From contig JBEQLE010000037.1 of NCBI GenBank assembly GCA_040326155.1, positions 1 to 41,621 on the forward strand: DNA of 41,621 nucleotides. Direction: 5' to 3'. Under the pieces are notes generated by a model. The model searched no databases and had not been told where the DNA came from. It saw nothing but the letters and a program-made list of their open reading frames with translations. A program made the position numbers and the translations under genes. Source of the DNA: Leptospirales bacterium. Its GTDB lineage: Bacteria; Spirochaetota; Leptospiria; Turneriellales; JAOUFE01. Of the stretch, positions 1 through 8,476 are shown in pieces. The stretch's first letter is position 1. Every line of letters starts with the position of its first letter.

Positions 1-41
1 CGATAAAGTTTTTCATAATCAATATAACTGTGCTTCGCCAT
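1..41 (-). CDS. 5' end of a gene running off the left edge (MAKHSYIDYEKLY...)
   Basis: Minus-strand ATG at 41, preceded 6 nt upstream by GGAG (48-51). The frame is open to the window edge. Confidence 0.55.
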   Translation of the reverse strand, partial: MAKHSYIDYEKLY

Positions 42-161
42 CCATTACTCCTGCTTATAGACTCTCTATAAGGGTTATGTACAAAAGTTGAAAAATATTA
101 CATATTTTGGATGATTTTTATTTTTTTACAAAAAAAGTGAAGAATTTAATCAAAGATTATA

Positions 162-237
162 AGGCCGACAAACTCCCGTGAATTTCAGGGTTGTAAAGGT
201 ATAACAGACCTCATGTTTGCAGTGCGGAATGCGACCG
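162..237. repeat. 76-nt dispersed intergenic element, copy 1 (inverted relative to 16800-16875)
   Basis: The reverse complement aligns without gaps to 16800-16875, with blocks of 24/26, 10/10 and 8/8 identity separated by 9-nt and 23-nt spacers in both copies. Confidence 0.8.
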
Positions 238-258
238 AAAAGCGAGCCAGGTCAATAT

Positions 259-291
259 GAAAGCCTCTTCGGAAGGTAAGCCCGAAGAGGC
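259..291 (-). terminator. Probable intrinsic terminator of the GH18 gene
   Basis: Perfect 10-bp stem GCCTCTTCGG (263-272)/CCGAAGAGGC (282-291), followed by TTT on the minus strand, 30 nt after the stop. A second small hairpin TCGGCC/GGCCGA lies at 296-312. Confidence 0.6.
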
Positions 292-321
292 GCTATCGGC
301 CTGCAGGGCCGAAAAGAAACC

Positions 322-1275
322 TTACATTCCCAATCCCGTTTTTAAGGCGTTCATGTAAGGCAAAAATTGGGTGCCTGCGATGGCATCATAAACCCAGATA
401 AAACCGCCACCAATCGCCTGGGGTGATGTGTTCGGGGTGCCGCCCCAGCAACTTGCGGAGATTGGAGCTGGACTTTGTCCCGTTCTCCACAATGTAAATA
501 GATTTTGCATGTCAACCGGAGTACAAATTGCTCCGCAATTCGCACAACTTCCTGCTACAATCGGAACCCCCAGGTCCAGCCAGTCACCGGGATTATTAAA
601 ATTTCCTCCCGAATAACACTGCAAGTTCAACCAGCTGACGGTACCATTGTTTGCTTGCACGTAAGTTACCCAACTTTGCCAGTTTTCTTTGCCCCAATAC
701 GGAGCCGCAGTAACCTTCAAGCCGACATTGATTGCAGCCAATGCAACAGTATAAACTGGTGAAGTTGTTGAAAAGTCTGAGCCTTCATAATCAAGGTCGA
801 TCCCGTCAAAACCCAGATTATTTTTAATATAGGAAAGTATTTTTGCCGCAGCGGCTGGATTACTGGAAATCAGTTTGCCCATAAACCCTGACCCGGAAGT
901 TGAAAACGAAAGATAAAGCTCTCGTATATTTCCTCCACGCAGGCTTTGGATGAGAGCCGGCCATTCGCTACTGCCAATATATTCTCCCGTGATATTAAAA
1001 ATATCGCGTGATCCATCGTTAAAAACTAGTGAATTGGTACTCTGGTTATAATTCACTAATCCCAAAATCGGGCTGGTCAGCGGGCTCTGTTGCAGTGTTG
1101 TTACAGTAGTCGCCGGGCCGGTGGTTCCATCTGGGTAAAGCTCGTCTCCAATGTATACAGCAATTCTTGTGTCTGAAATATTGGTTGCAGCTTTATTTTT
1201 AGTTTTCCCACCGCAGCATAAACTGGCCAATACAATGGAAAAAATAAATAAAAAACTAATTCTCTTAACTATCAT
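322..1275 (-). CDS. Glycoside hydrolase family 18-like (chitinase/endo-beta-N-acetylglucosaminidase fold) lipoprotein
   Basis: Catalytic motif FDGIDLDYE (DxxDxDxE), plus LNLQCY and GGFIW. Start moved to ATG 1275 (AAGGAG upstream), giving a signal peptide ending LASLC/C. Confidence 0.75.
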   Translation of the reverse strand: MIVKRISFLFIFSIVLASLCCGGKTKNKAATNISDTRIAVYIGDELYPDGTTGPATTVTTLQQSPLTSPILGLVNYNQSTNSLVFNDGSRDIFNITGEYIGSSEWPALIQSLRGGNIRELYLSFSTSGSGFMGKLISSNPAAAAKILSYIKNNLGFDGIDLDYEGSDFSTTSPVYTVALAAINVGLKVTAAPYWGKENWQSWVTYVQANNGTVSWLNLQCYSGGNFNNPGDWLDLGVPIVAGSCANCGAICTPVDMQNLFTLWRTGQSPAPISASCWGGTPNTSPQAIGGGFIWVYDAIAGTQFLPYMNALKTGLGM

Positions 1276-1541
1276 TGTGTACTCCTTCTTGTCACTTTTA
1301 CACAGAAAGCATATAGTGTAATAAAATGTAAAGAAAAAATAAATTATATGAAACATTTATAAAATTTTTAGAGTGCTGCGATTGCCTCAAGAAAATAATA
1401 AACTGGTTGTCAGTAGCAGGGATCTTTCATACATTTTCCATGAATAGTATTCCTTTTGACTCCAGCCTGGTTAAAATAAACTTTACTTTCAGTAAAGTTA
1501 CAAAAGACTTAACACTCGATTTTATAACTGGATAAAAGACA

Positions 1542-2054
1542 GTGAAAGAAGCAACTATTGAAGAATTAGCATACTTGATAAAAGAAACTAAAAATCGTAA
1601 AACGATGCCAAAGCCTATTGTGTTTCTGGGCGCCGGCGCTTCTAAAACCGATGGAATACCCCTGGCTAGAGAGATTGTTGAAGATATAAAAAAGTATTAT
1701 AAAGACAGTCCTAAAGTAAAAAAACTTGATTCTAAAAGTTCGTACACTGAATTCATGGATTGTTTACAACCTTTTGAAAGAAAAGACCTGCTTTCTGACT
1801 TATTCTTAGGTTGGGGTAATGCATTAGCAAGTCAGGCTATATTGAAAAATGATGAGTCGCTTATGAAACAAAGTTTTGAAAAATACGAAAAAGCGACACA
1901 ATTAAACCCGAAAGATAATGCAATAAAGTATCTTGCCCAGAGCCTTGAAAAAAAAGATGTTTCACTTGAACATGTCGAAGGCGACTCCGATTGGGACGGT
2001 TTCAAAGATGATTCAGACTTTATTGAACTACTGGATAAACATCGATCTTCATAG
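1542..2054 (+). pseudogene. Internally deleted SIR2-like/TPR protein (in-frame remnant)
   Basis: The SIR2 N-terminal motif IVFLGAGAS..GIPLA is present but the sirtuin core (TTNxD, catalytic His) is not. It is followed directly by one TPR-like unit (WGNAL...YEKATQLNP) and a TPR C-cap (AIKYL...DSDW...F..LL). GTG start. Confidence 0.65.
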
Positions 2055-2083
2055 CAATTCTTTTCTTCATTTTCGTAAGAAAA

Positions 2084-2896
2084 TTATTTTATTGGAATTT
2101 TTTCATGAGAAAACAGACCGTTGGTCACGGTGATGCGATTATAGTATTTTGTACCATTGCTGGAATATTTTTTAAGTTCATCGCCGACCAGGTAAGAGAC
2201 GCCATCAATTTTACGGTAGTCAAAAATATGGGTGTGCCCCATAACGACATAGTCAACATCGTGTCTTTTAAACAACCGCATCATTCCGTAAACTTCTTCC
2301 ATGTTCGTTGATTGCGCCGACTCAAACATTGTCGGTGAATGTAAATTATAGTGTGAAACAACAATGCAATACTTCTCGGTTCTTTGTTTCAGTTGCTTTT
2401 CCAGCCACGCATATTGAAGGGAACCAAGAGTGTCGTCGGCGCTGTCAAGTACGATAATAAGCAGATCGCCGACAACCGCTGTATAAACGCTCGGACCCAG
2501 CACATCTTTAAAACCATCCCATCCGTTATTCCAAAAATCGTGATTTCCAGGGGCCGAATAATAGGGTAAGCCCAGATTGTCCATAATGTCACGATACGCG
2601 ATGGTATCACTACGTTTACCGGTGTCGACAAGATCGCCGGAAATTACGATAAATTCATCCGAACCAATCAGATGGTCTGACATGGAAGAAAGTTTGTTAT
2701 TCACCCCATTCTCAACATGAATATCTGTAACATGGACAAAACTGAAATTGTTTGTGTCCGCAATAGCCACATCTGTCGGTGTGCTTAATTTACTACTTTC
2801 CTCAAAGCGAGTATTTACATCGTACGGTTCAAAAGCGCAATTATATAAAAAAGGTAAAATAAGAACAGGCGCTATAAGAATTGCTTTTAGTTTCAT
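2084..2896 (-). CDS. Calcineurin-like metallophosphoesterase, lipoprotein
   Basis: Motifs TDIH, GDLVD, GNHD, SHY and GHTH. Lipobox FLYNC. Confidence 0.9.
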   Translation of the reverse strand: MKLKAILIAPVLILPFLYNCAFEPYDVNTRFEESSKLSTPTDVAIADTNNFSFVHVTDIHVENGVNNKLSSMSDHLIGSDEFIVISGDLVDTGKRSDTIAYRDIMDNLGLPYYSAPGNHDFWNNGWDGFKDVLGPSVYTAVVGDLLIIVLDSADDTLGSLQYAWLEKQLKQRTEKYCIVVSHYNLHSPTMFESAQSTNMEEVYGMMRLFKRHDVDYVVMGHTHIFDYRKIDGVSYLVGDELKKYSSNGTKYYNRITVTNGLFSHEKIPIK

Positions 2897-3600
2897 ATCT
2901 GGTATTGTACTCCGAGCAAAAAGATAAAGTGATCATGAACTACGTGTAAACCGCTGAGTCCGCTCGGTATGGTACCGGCATTAAAGTTAATACTCCATGC
3001 CTCATTTATTTGATACACAGTGTCGAGATGGACCCCAAATTGATAAGAATTTCCCGCATAATTCCATTCGGTGTTTTTTATTTCTAATCCTAACCGCAGG
3101 CTGGGTTTTTCCCACGCCAGATACCAGGCTACCCTCCAATAAAAATGAGGTTGCACTAAATCGGTCGGATAGTAAAAAATAAGATCATAATATTGCGGAC
3201 CAAAGTTCGTAAAACGCATATTTAGTCCCAGGTCAGCTTCAAAATTCTTCCTTCTCCAACTGAAGTAGGGAATAATAGAATTATCCGCAGTCAAAACGGA
3301 ATGGTAAGACTGATTTAAGAACTTTACATGAAAAGATAAACTCTTTACGAACAACTGCTCATAACCCATTTCCAGATGATACGCGCTATAAAAGCTCCAC
3401 CCCGGAGCAGCTAAAAACCCGACGCCCACCTGCCAATGTCCGCCTACGACTAACTCATACTTTCCTTCATTCACCCAACGATTACCCAGAGTTTTGTTAA
3501 TATCAACTCCGGATCGCAAGTCAAAAGTATGCTGTAGTTCCGCCGGTTGTATATTTTCAGCAGCCAACAAAAGAAATATTATTATTAATGATTTTTTCAT
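2893..3600 (-). CDS. Secreted hypothetical protein, probable outer-membrane beta-barrel
   Basis: Signal peptide, alternating aromatic/hydrophobic strands and C-terminal LLGVQYQI. 4-bp ATGA overlap with the downstream gene. Confidence 0.65.
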   Translation of the reverse strand: MKKSLIIIFLLLAAENIQPAELQHTFDLRSGVDINKTLGNRWVNEGKYELVVGGHWQVGVGFLAAPGWSFYSAYHLEMGYEQLFVKSLSFHVKFLNQSYHSVLTADNSIIPYFSWRRKNFEADLGLNMRFTNFGPQYYDLIFYYPTDLVQPHFYWRVAWYLAWEKPSLRLGLEIKNTEWNYAGNSYQFGVHLDTVYQINEAWSINFNAGTIPSGLSGLHVVHDHFIFLLGVQYQI

Positions 3601-3780
3601 AAACGATAGCTCAATTCAATAAAAAAAAATATAACGGAACGCTTTGTCAACAACAAACTAAATTACCACCCGAAATTTTTAACCCATCTCAAAAGGCCGG
3701 CCGGAACCGTTCTCTTGCGACGGCATGACAATTGTATTTGAAAGATTTTTGACTCTTCGGCCTGATGTAAGACCTATTAT

Positions 3781-4383
3781 TTAACAAATAAAATTAAATT
3801 GTTTAGTTATCGAAGTGTAATTCTTGTTGCGAATTAAAGCTTTATAAAAACTATAATCATCATAGATTAAACTTGATAATTCATATTGGATATTATTCTC
3901 TTCCAGAATAAGAACTCTATACTCTTCTCCAGGGTAAGAGGCTTCGCCATTACTTTCACGAGGAACATATTCAACTATTTTTAATGTAGGTGAATTCAGG
4001 TTTAATTCAATGTTTTCATTATTTTTCTGGAAGGATAAAGTTTTTTCCCTTTTGTTCCAGATAATTTTTTGATTCCATATATAAGCAGTATGATTCAGTA
4101 AAATAAAAAAATCCATAGAAAAGATGAAGAACAAACATGCTGCAAATATAGTGAATAGTATATGAAGATTAACTGATATAAAGAAGATCAAGAGAGATAA
4201 AAGAAAGGAAAATATAAGACTACTTAGTATAAAATACATTACGATTTCACCATAATTTGGGGATAGCTTAACAATATTTTTCTTTTCAACCCGATCACCT
4301 TTCAACGCTTGAATAATAAGGATCATTGGCACGCCCAGAACGACTACGTATAGACAAAGCCAAAAGATAATATTACCGATCAT
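3781..4383 (-). CDS. Hypothetical membrane protein (about 3 TM helices plus soluble C-terminal domain), very low GC
   Basis: 200-aa ORF with three hydrophobic segments. Confidence 0.65.
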   Translation of the reverse strand: MIGNIIFWLCLYVVVLGVPMILIIQALKGDRVEKKNIVKLSPNYGEIVMYFILSSLIFSFLLSLLIFFISVNLHILFTIFAACLFFIFSMDFFILLNHTAYIWNQKIIWNKREKTLSFQKNNENIELNLNSPTLKIVEYVPRESNGEASYPGEEYRVLILEENNIQYELSSLIYDDYSFYKALIRNKNYTSITKQFNFIC

Positions 4384-4395
4384 AGACTGAATGCG

Positions 4396-4573
4396 TTATG
4401 GAATTTCCGGTTTGTAAGTCTTGACCACGAGCTCCAACAGTTGGTAAAATTCATCTTCTGTGCCGTCGATAGATCGGCGAATCCAGAACCCCGGAACGAC
4501 AATCGCCTCATACCAATCGTAGCCATACTGTTCGGCGCGATCAGCAAAACCTCGAAAGGATTCCTGTATGAGA
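4396..4573 (-). pseudogene. 3' remnant of an unidentified gene (DLIQESF...YGYDWYEAIVVPGFWIRRSIDGTEDEFYQLLELVVKTYKPEIP*)
   Basis: Protein-like frame with no credible start of its own. Visibly higher GC than both neighbours and begins right at the RDD stop. Confidence 0.5.
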
Positions 4574-5197
4574 TCAACTCTTATTAACCACAACTGTACC
4601 AGTTAATATATCATGAATAGATTGCTGCCTTTTACCGACCATCGAAAGCAATGATAGAATACCTAATATCCATTTAATCAAATATCTAACGAAGGAGACT
4701 AGAATAAAAACTCGTTTTCCAGAAACGGATAACACTTTGATTCTCATAAGGTGATGACCAATAGTCCCATAGGTGCTAGATACCAAAATAGGTTCATAAA
4801 GAAGAAATAAAAAAACCAGGGCAATTTTATCGAAAGATTGAGATTTTATATTGAATAAGACTACAAATTTTCCAATAATAAACAGCAATAATAGAATAAC
4901 ACCTACATCTATCATTAATGCTTTAAATCGTTTCATGACACTAGCTGGCGTAAATTCTGAAACACGTTGGGTTTCTAATGGCATATCCGAAATATGTAAA
5001 AACTTTGTAGAAAAAATTTTCGTTAATAAATAACTAATGATGCTAAAAAGTAAAAGAATGAAAAGTATTACAATAACGCCGAAATCATTTTTTTCAAAGT
5101 AATCTACTTCATAATGATCTAGTGCAGCCCCAAATGCGAGGAAAAAACTATAATTTAGCAATAAAAATACTATTATTCGAACGATATGTCTTAGCAT
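4574..5197 (-). CDS. RDD family membrane protein
   Basis: ASVMKRFKALMID, TIGHHLMRIKV and QSIHDILTGTVVV match the RDD pattern. GGAG upstream of the start. Confidence 0.85.
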   Translation of the reverse strand: MLRHIVRIIVFLLLNYSFFLAFGAALDHYEVDYFEKNDFGVIVILFILLLFSIISYLLTKIFSTKFLHISDMPLETQRVSEFTPASVMKRFKALMIDVGVILLLLFIIGKFVVLFNIKSQSFDKIALVFLFLLYEPILVSSTYGTIGHHLMRIKVLSVSGKRVFILVSFVRYLIKWILGILSLLSMVGKRQQSIHDILTGTVVVNKS

Positions 5198-5374
5198 GCA
5201 ATTATTCTCCGTATACTATTTGATATTTATTAGTAAAGAAATAGGATATATAAAAACGAATAAATAGTAGCACAAGCACAATATAAAAAAGTATAAGTGC
5301 CCCCCCAGAAAAAGAATTTGCTGCTGAAATACCATTGACAAATTAAACGATAGTTGAACGACTTCACACTACTT

Positions 5375-6328
5375 ATGAAGTTACTCAAATGTGTAATCTT
5401 ATCGGGTCAGGGAAAAGCGACTTTCACCCCGGAACAAACGACTCTCCTGGAGTCTGCCGCAGATATTCAATATATTACTGTCTCAAAAGAGCTTTCGAAA
5501 GATGAATTCATACGCCAATGTAAAAACGCTACTATCCTTGCGGTTACACGCAGAACAACGAAAAACCTCTCTAAAGAGTGGCTATCTCAGTTGCCGAATT
5601 TAAAAGCCGTGGCTCTGTATTCCACCGGATACGAGTGGGTAGATGTGCACTGTTTAAAACAGAGAGGGGTCGTGGTAAACTACCTGCCCGATTACTCAAC
5701 CACGACAGTGGCCGAACAAGCCATGGGGATGATCTTAACCCTTTCCAGACGAATTCATCTAGCTCACGACAAGGGACGAAAAATTGTTGATGCTGGTGTT
5801 TCATTACGGGGAAAAGAAATTGCAGGAAAAACTCTCGGTATAATTGGCTATGGAAAAATCGGGAAGGCCGTAGCTGAACTGGCCACCGGTTTTTCGTTAC
5901 AAATAATTTATTATGACATTGATAACTCTGTAGATACAAAACAGAAAAGTCCACTGAGCTTGACCCAGGTTTTAAACCAAAGCGATATAATTGTAATAGC
6001 GGCGTCCCGGGAACGAGATGCTCCGCCTATCCTGACAAAAACTGAATTCGATTGTATAAAACCAGGAGCCATTCTGGTGAATGTAGCCAGAGCGATTTTA
6101 GTGGAAAATAGCGCCCTTCTTGAGGCCATACGTTCGCGAAAAATTTACGGTTATGGTGTAGATGATTATATTGAAGAACTTTTGGATGCCCCCGATATTG
6201 AACCTGGTAGAATTTTGCAAACCGGTCATACAGGGTGGTATTCCGACGAAGCCATGGCGCGAGGTACAATGGCATGGGTTGAAAATATTATTGCTTTGAC
6301 TCAGGGTTCGCTGCTCCATAGTATTTAA
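5375..6328 (+). CDS. D-isomer-specific 2-hydroxyacid dehydrogenase family protein
   Basis: STGYEWVD, VAEQAMG, GKTLGIIGYGKIG, LVNVAR and HTGWYS. ATG 5375 preferred over TTG 5354. Confidence 0.9.
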   Translation: MKLLKCVILSGQGKATFTPEQTTLLESAADIQYITVSKELSKDEFIRQCKNATILAVTRRTTKNLSKEWLSQLPNLKAVALYSTGYEWVDVHCLKQRGVVVNYLPDYSTTTVAEQAMGMILTLSRRIHLAHDKGRKIVDAGVSLRGKEIAGKTLGIIGYGKIGKAVAELATGFSLQIIYYDIDNSVDTKQKSPLSLTQVLNQSDIIVIAASRERDAPPILTKTEFDCIKPGAILVNVARAILVENSALLEAIRSRKIYGYGVDDYIEELLDAPDIEPGRILQTGHTGWYSDEAMARGTMAWVENIIALTQGSLLHSI

Positions 6329-6370
6329 TTATATTCAAACTGTCTTATTGTGTTTGCCTGAACCACGAAA

Positions 6371-7033
6371 ATGGATAAAAAAACAAAACTTGAAACTGTA
6401 TTTCTGGGTGCGCTCTCTTTGTTCACGGTGTCCTTTGTTGCTCTGTTAATTATTGCCCGGTGGCCGGAGTGGTGGATGTGGGTAATATTTGAAAGAACTC
6501 CGATGACATGGCTTGAGTCGATGCTTTTGTACACCTCAACTATAATCGCCTTCGCCATCGCAGGTGTGGAATTTCTTACCTCGACGCTGAAAAACACTTT
6601 CTTGTGGGCATTTTATGGAATGGGTTTTTTATTTTTAACACTCGATGAAAGATTTGCTTTGCACGAAAGGCTGCGAGACTTTGTGTTAATCCCCAACGAT
6701 ATTCATCCCGGTCTGTTTTTCTGGACTTCACCTGGAGATTATATTCTGGTTATTATGGCCCTTTGTTCTATAGCTCTGGTTCCGGTATATTACAAATTGT
6801 TTGCGGTACGAAAATCTGCTCTGGTCTTGAAAGCTACAGGTTTTGGTATTGCCCTTACAGCGGTTTTTCTCGACTCTTTGCATGTTACCGACATGGCAAT
6901 GGAAACACAAAGGTTATTGCAATTCTATGAAGAAATTCTGGAGACAACAGCCATGCTCTTATTTTGCTCAGCTCTGTTTTTATTGTTTATGGATAAACTT
7001 AACCCCGTATTACTTTCACGAGAAAAACCGTAG
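6371..7033 (+). CDS. Hypothetical polytopic membrane protein
   Basis: About six TM segments, with conserved-looking LDE...HE and YEE.LE motifs. Confidence 0.75.
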   Translation: MDKKTKLETVFLGALSLFTVSFVALLIIARWPEWWMWVIFERTPMTWLESMLLYTSTIIAFAIAGVEFLTSTLKNTFLWAFYGMGFLFLTLDERFALHERLRDFVLIPNDIHPGLFFWTSPGDYILVIMALCSIALVPVYYKLFAVRKSALVLKATGFGIALTAVFLDSLHVTDMAMETQRLLQFYEEILETTAMLLFCSALFLLFMDKLNPVLLSREKP

Positions 7034-7037
7034 TATT

Positions 7038-8135
7038 CTACAGCATATCGTAGCGGGTGGTTTTTTGCAGCAACCATTGGTCAACGAGAACAAGCGCAGC
7101 GGCAGCTTCAACAATGGGAACCGCGCGAGGTAAAACACAGGGGTCATGACGCCCCTTCACTTTCAATGGAACCTCTTCGCCGGCGTCGTTTACAGTCTGT
7201 TGTTCGCGCAAAACGGTCGCTGTTGGTTTGAACGCAATGGACATTAAAATGGGCATACCATTAGAAATTCCCCCTTGAATACCACCCGAGTTATTTGTTT
7301 TCGTTCGAATCGTTCCGTTATCGTTATAGAAAATATCGTTAGCCTCAGAACCGGTTTTACCGAGCATCCGAAAACCACCACCAACTTCAACGCCTTTCAC
7401 AGCTGGAATATTCATCATCGCCAGAGAGAGTAGACCGTCAAGACGGTCATAAAGAGGGTCGCCTAAACCCGCTGGAACATTCTCGGCTACCAGATTTACA
7501 ACGCCCCCGACGGAGTCTTTATCGGCGGCAGTTTTTTCAATAAGGTCGATCATTTTTTGAGCGGTTTGAGGGTCAGGGCAACGAACCGCATTTTTTTCAG
7601 CTTCAGAGCGAATCTGGGACGCAGTAATATCTTCCGGCAAAGAAACTTCAATGTCTTTTACTTTAGAAACATACGAAGCAATTTCAATCCCAGCTTTGTC
7701 CTTAAGGATTTTTCTTGCAATGGCTCCGGCGGCAACCGTCCCGATGGTATTTCGAGCCGAAGCCCGACCACCCCCGGTATGGTCCCGGTGGCCATATTTA
7801 GCATGGTAGGTATAATCGGCGTGGGAGGGACGAAATGTATGTCGCAAATTTTCATAATCCGAACTATGCTGCCCTTTGTTAAAAATGACAAGACAAATAG
7901 GAGCCCCTGTGGTTTTCCCCTCGAACACCCCCGAAATAATCTCAACCTCGTCGCCCTCTTTTCGCGATGTAGTAATAGAACTTTGCCCCGGCCTTCTTCG
8001 GTCAAGCTCAACCTGAATTTCAGCTTCAGAAATTTCCAGACCCGCCGGACAATTTTCCACCACACACCCAAGCCCCCTTCCATGAGACTCCCCAAAATTC
8101 ACAACCCGAAAAATTCTACCCGTCGCACTACCCAT
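7038..8135 (-). CDS. aroC: Chorismate synthase
   Basis: [37 protein letters not shown] and GRHDPCV. Start MGSATG at 8135. Confidence 0.97.
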   Translation of the reverse strand: MGSATGRIFRVVNFGESHGRGLGCVVENCPAGLEISEAEIQVELDRRRPGQSSITTSRKEGDEVEIISGVFEGKTTGAPICLVIFNKGQHSSDYENLRHTFRPSHADYTYHAKYGHRDHTGGGRASARNTIGTVAAGAIARKILKDKAGIEIASYVSKVKDIEVSLPEDITASQIRSEAEKNAVRCPDPQTAQKMIDLIEKTAADKDSVGGVVNLVAENVPAGLGDPLYDRLDGLLSLAMMNIPAVKGVEVGGGFRMLGKTGSEANDIFYNDNGTIRTKTNNSGGIQGGISNGMPILMSIAFKPTATVLREQQTVNDAGEEVPLKVKGRHDPCVLPRAVPIVEAAAALVLVDQWLLQKTTRYDML

Positions 8136-8476
8136 CCGGCAGTGTTCCCCGCGAATATAGAATGTAAAGATAGAATTAAACAGAACCAAATGGGAAAAGA
8201 AGGTTTCTCACACATCGCGAATTTTCGTCTTTCCCGGTTTAGTTCACAAAAAAACCGAAGGAATTTTTATGGATTAAGTATAAAACCATACTTCCCCTTC
8301 CAAAAACAGCAGTGAAAAAACGGGCAAACGACATTTCGACGCTCTCCGGTATAGATATAAAAGTGGTATAGTATAAACCAAAATGCAATTGACATGTCGC
8401 GCCCGAGAAAGAGTCTGTATCTTGTTATCATTTACAAAATCAATGCTAATGGCACACTGCAATCAAAAGGTAATTT

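Noticed and set aside
165..255. Superficial likeness to a c-di-GMP-I riboswitch (GACAAA...GTAAA...AGCCAG)
   Set aside because: There is no proper GAAA-capped P2 stem or GACGCAAA, and no gene start downstream on the + strand.
3695..3765. Possible third copy of the 76-nt element (TGCGAcggCATG...TTCGGCCT)
   Set aside because: The ATACCTTTAC block is missing and the spacing is 28 nt rather than 42 nt, which is compatible with chance.
4380..4577. 65-aa ORF MISYRNPF... that neatly overlaps both neighbours
   Set aside because: The alternative frame ending at 4396 looks far more protein-like, so this ORF is probably incidental, although it is not fully excluded.
3781..5197. Integron cassette array
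   Set aside because: No RYYYAAC...GTTRRRY palindromic attC sites between the genes and no integrase in the window.
7557..8315. 252-aa + strand ORF
   Set aside because: Antisense shadow of aroC with no recognisable motifs.
8320..8425. GGCAAAC...GACGC riboswitch-like words and a TTGACA upstream of the large gene
   Set aside because: No supporting stems, and TTGACA (8389) has no -10 box at 16-18 nt.
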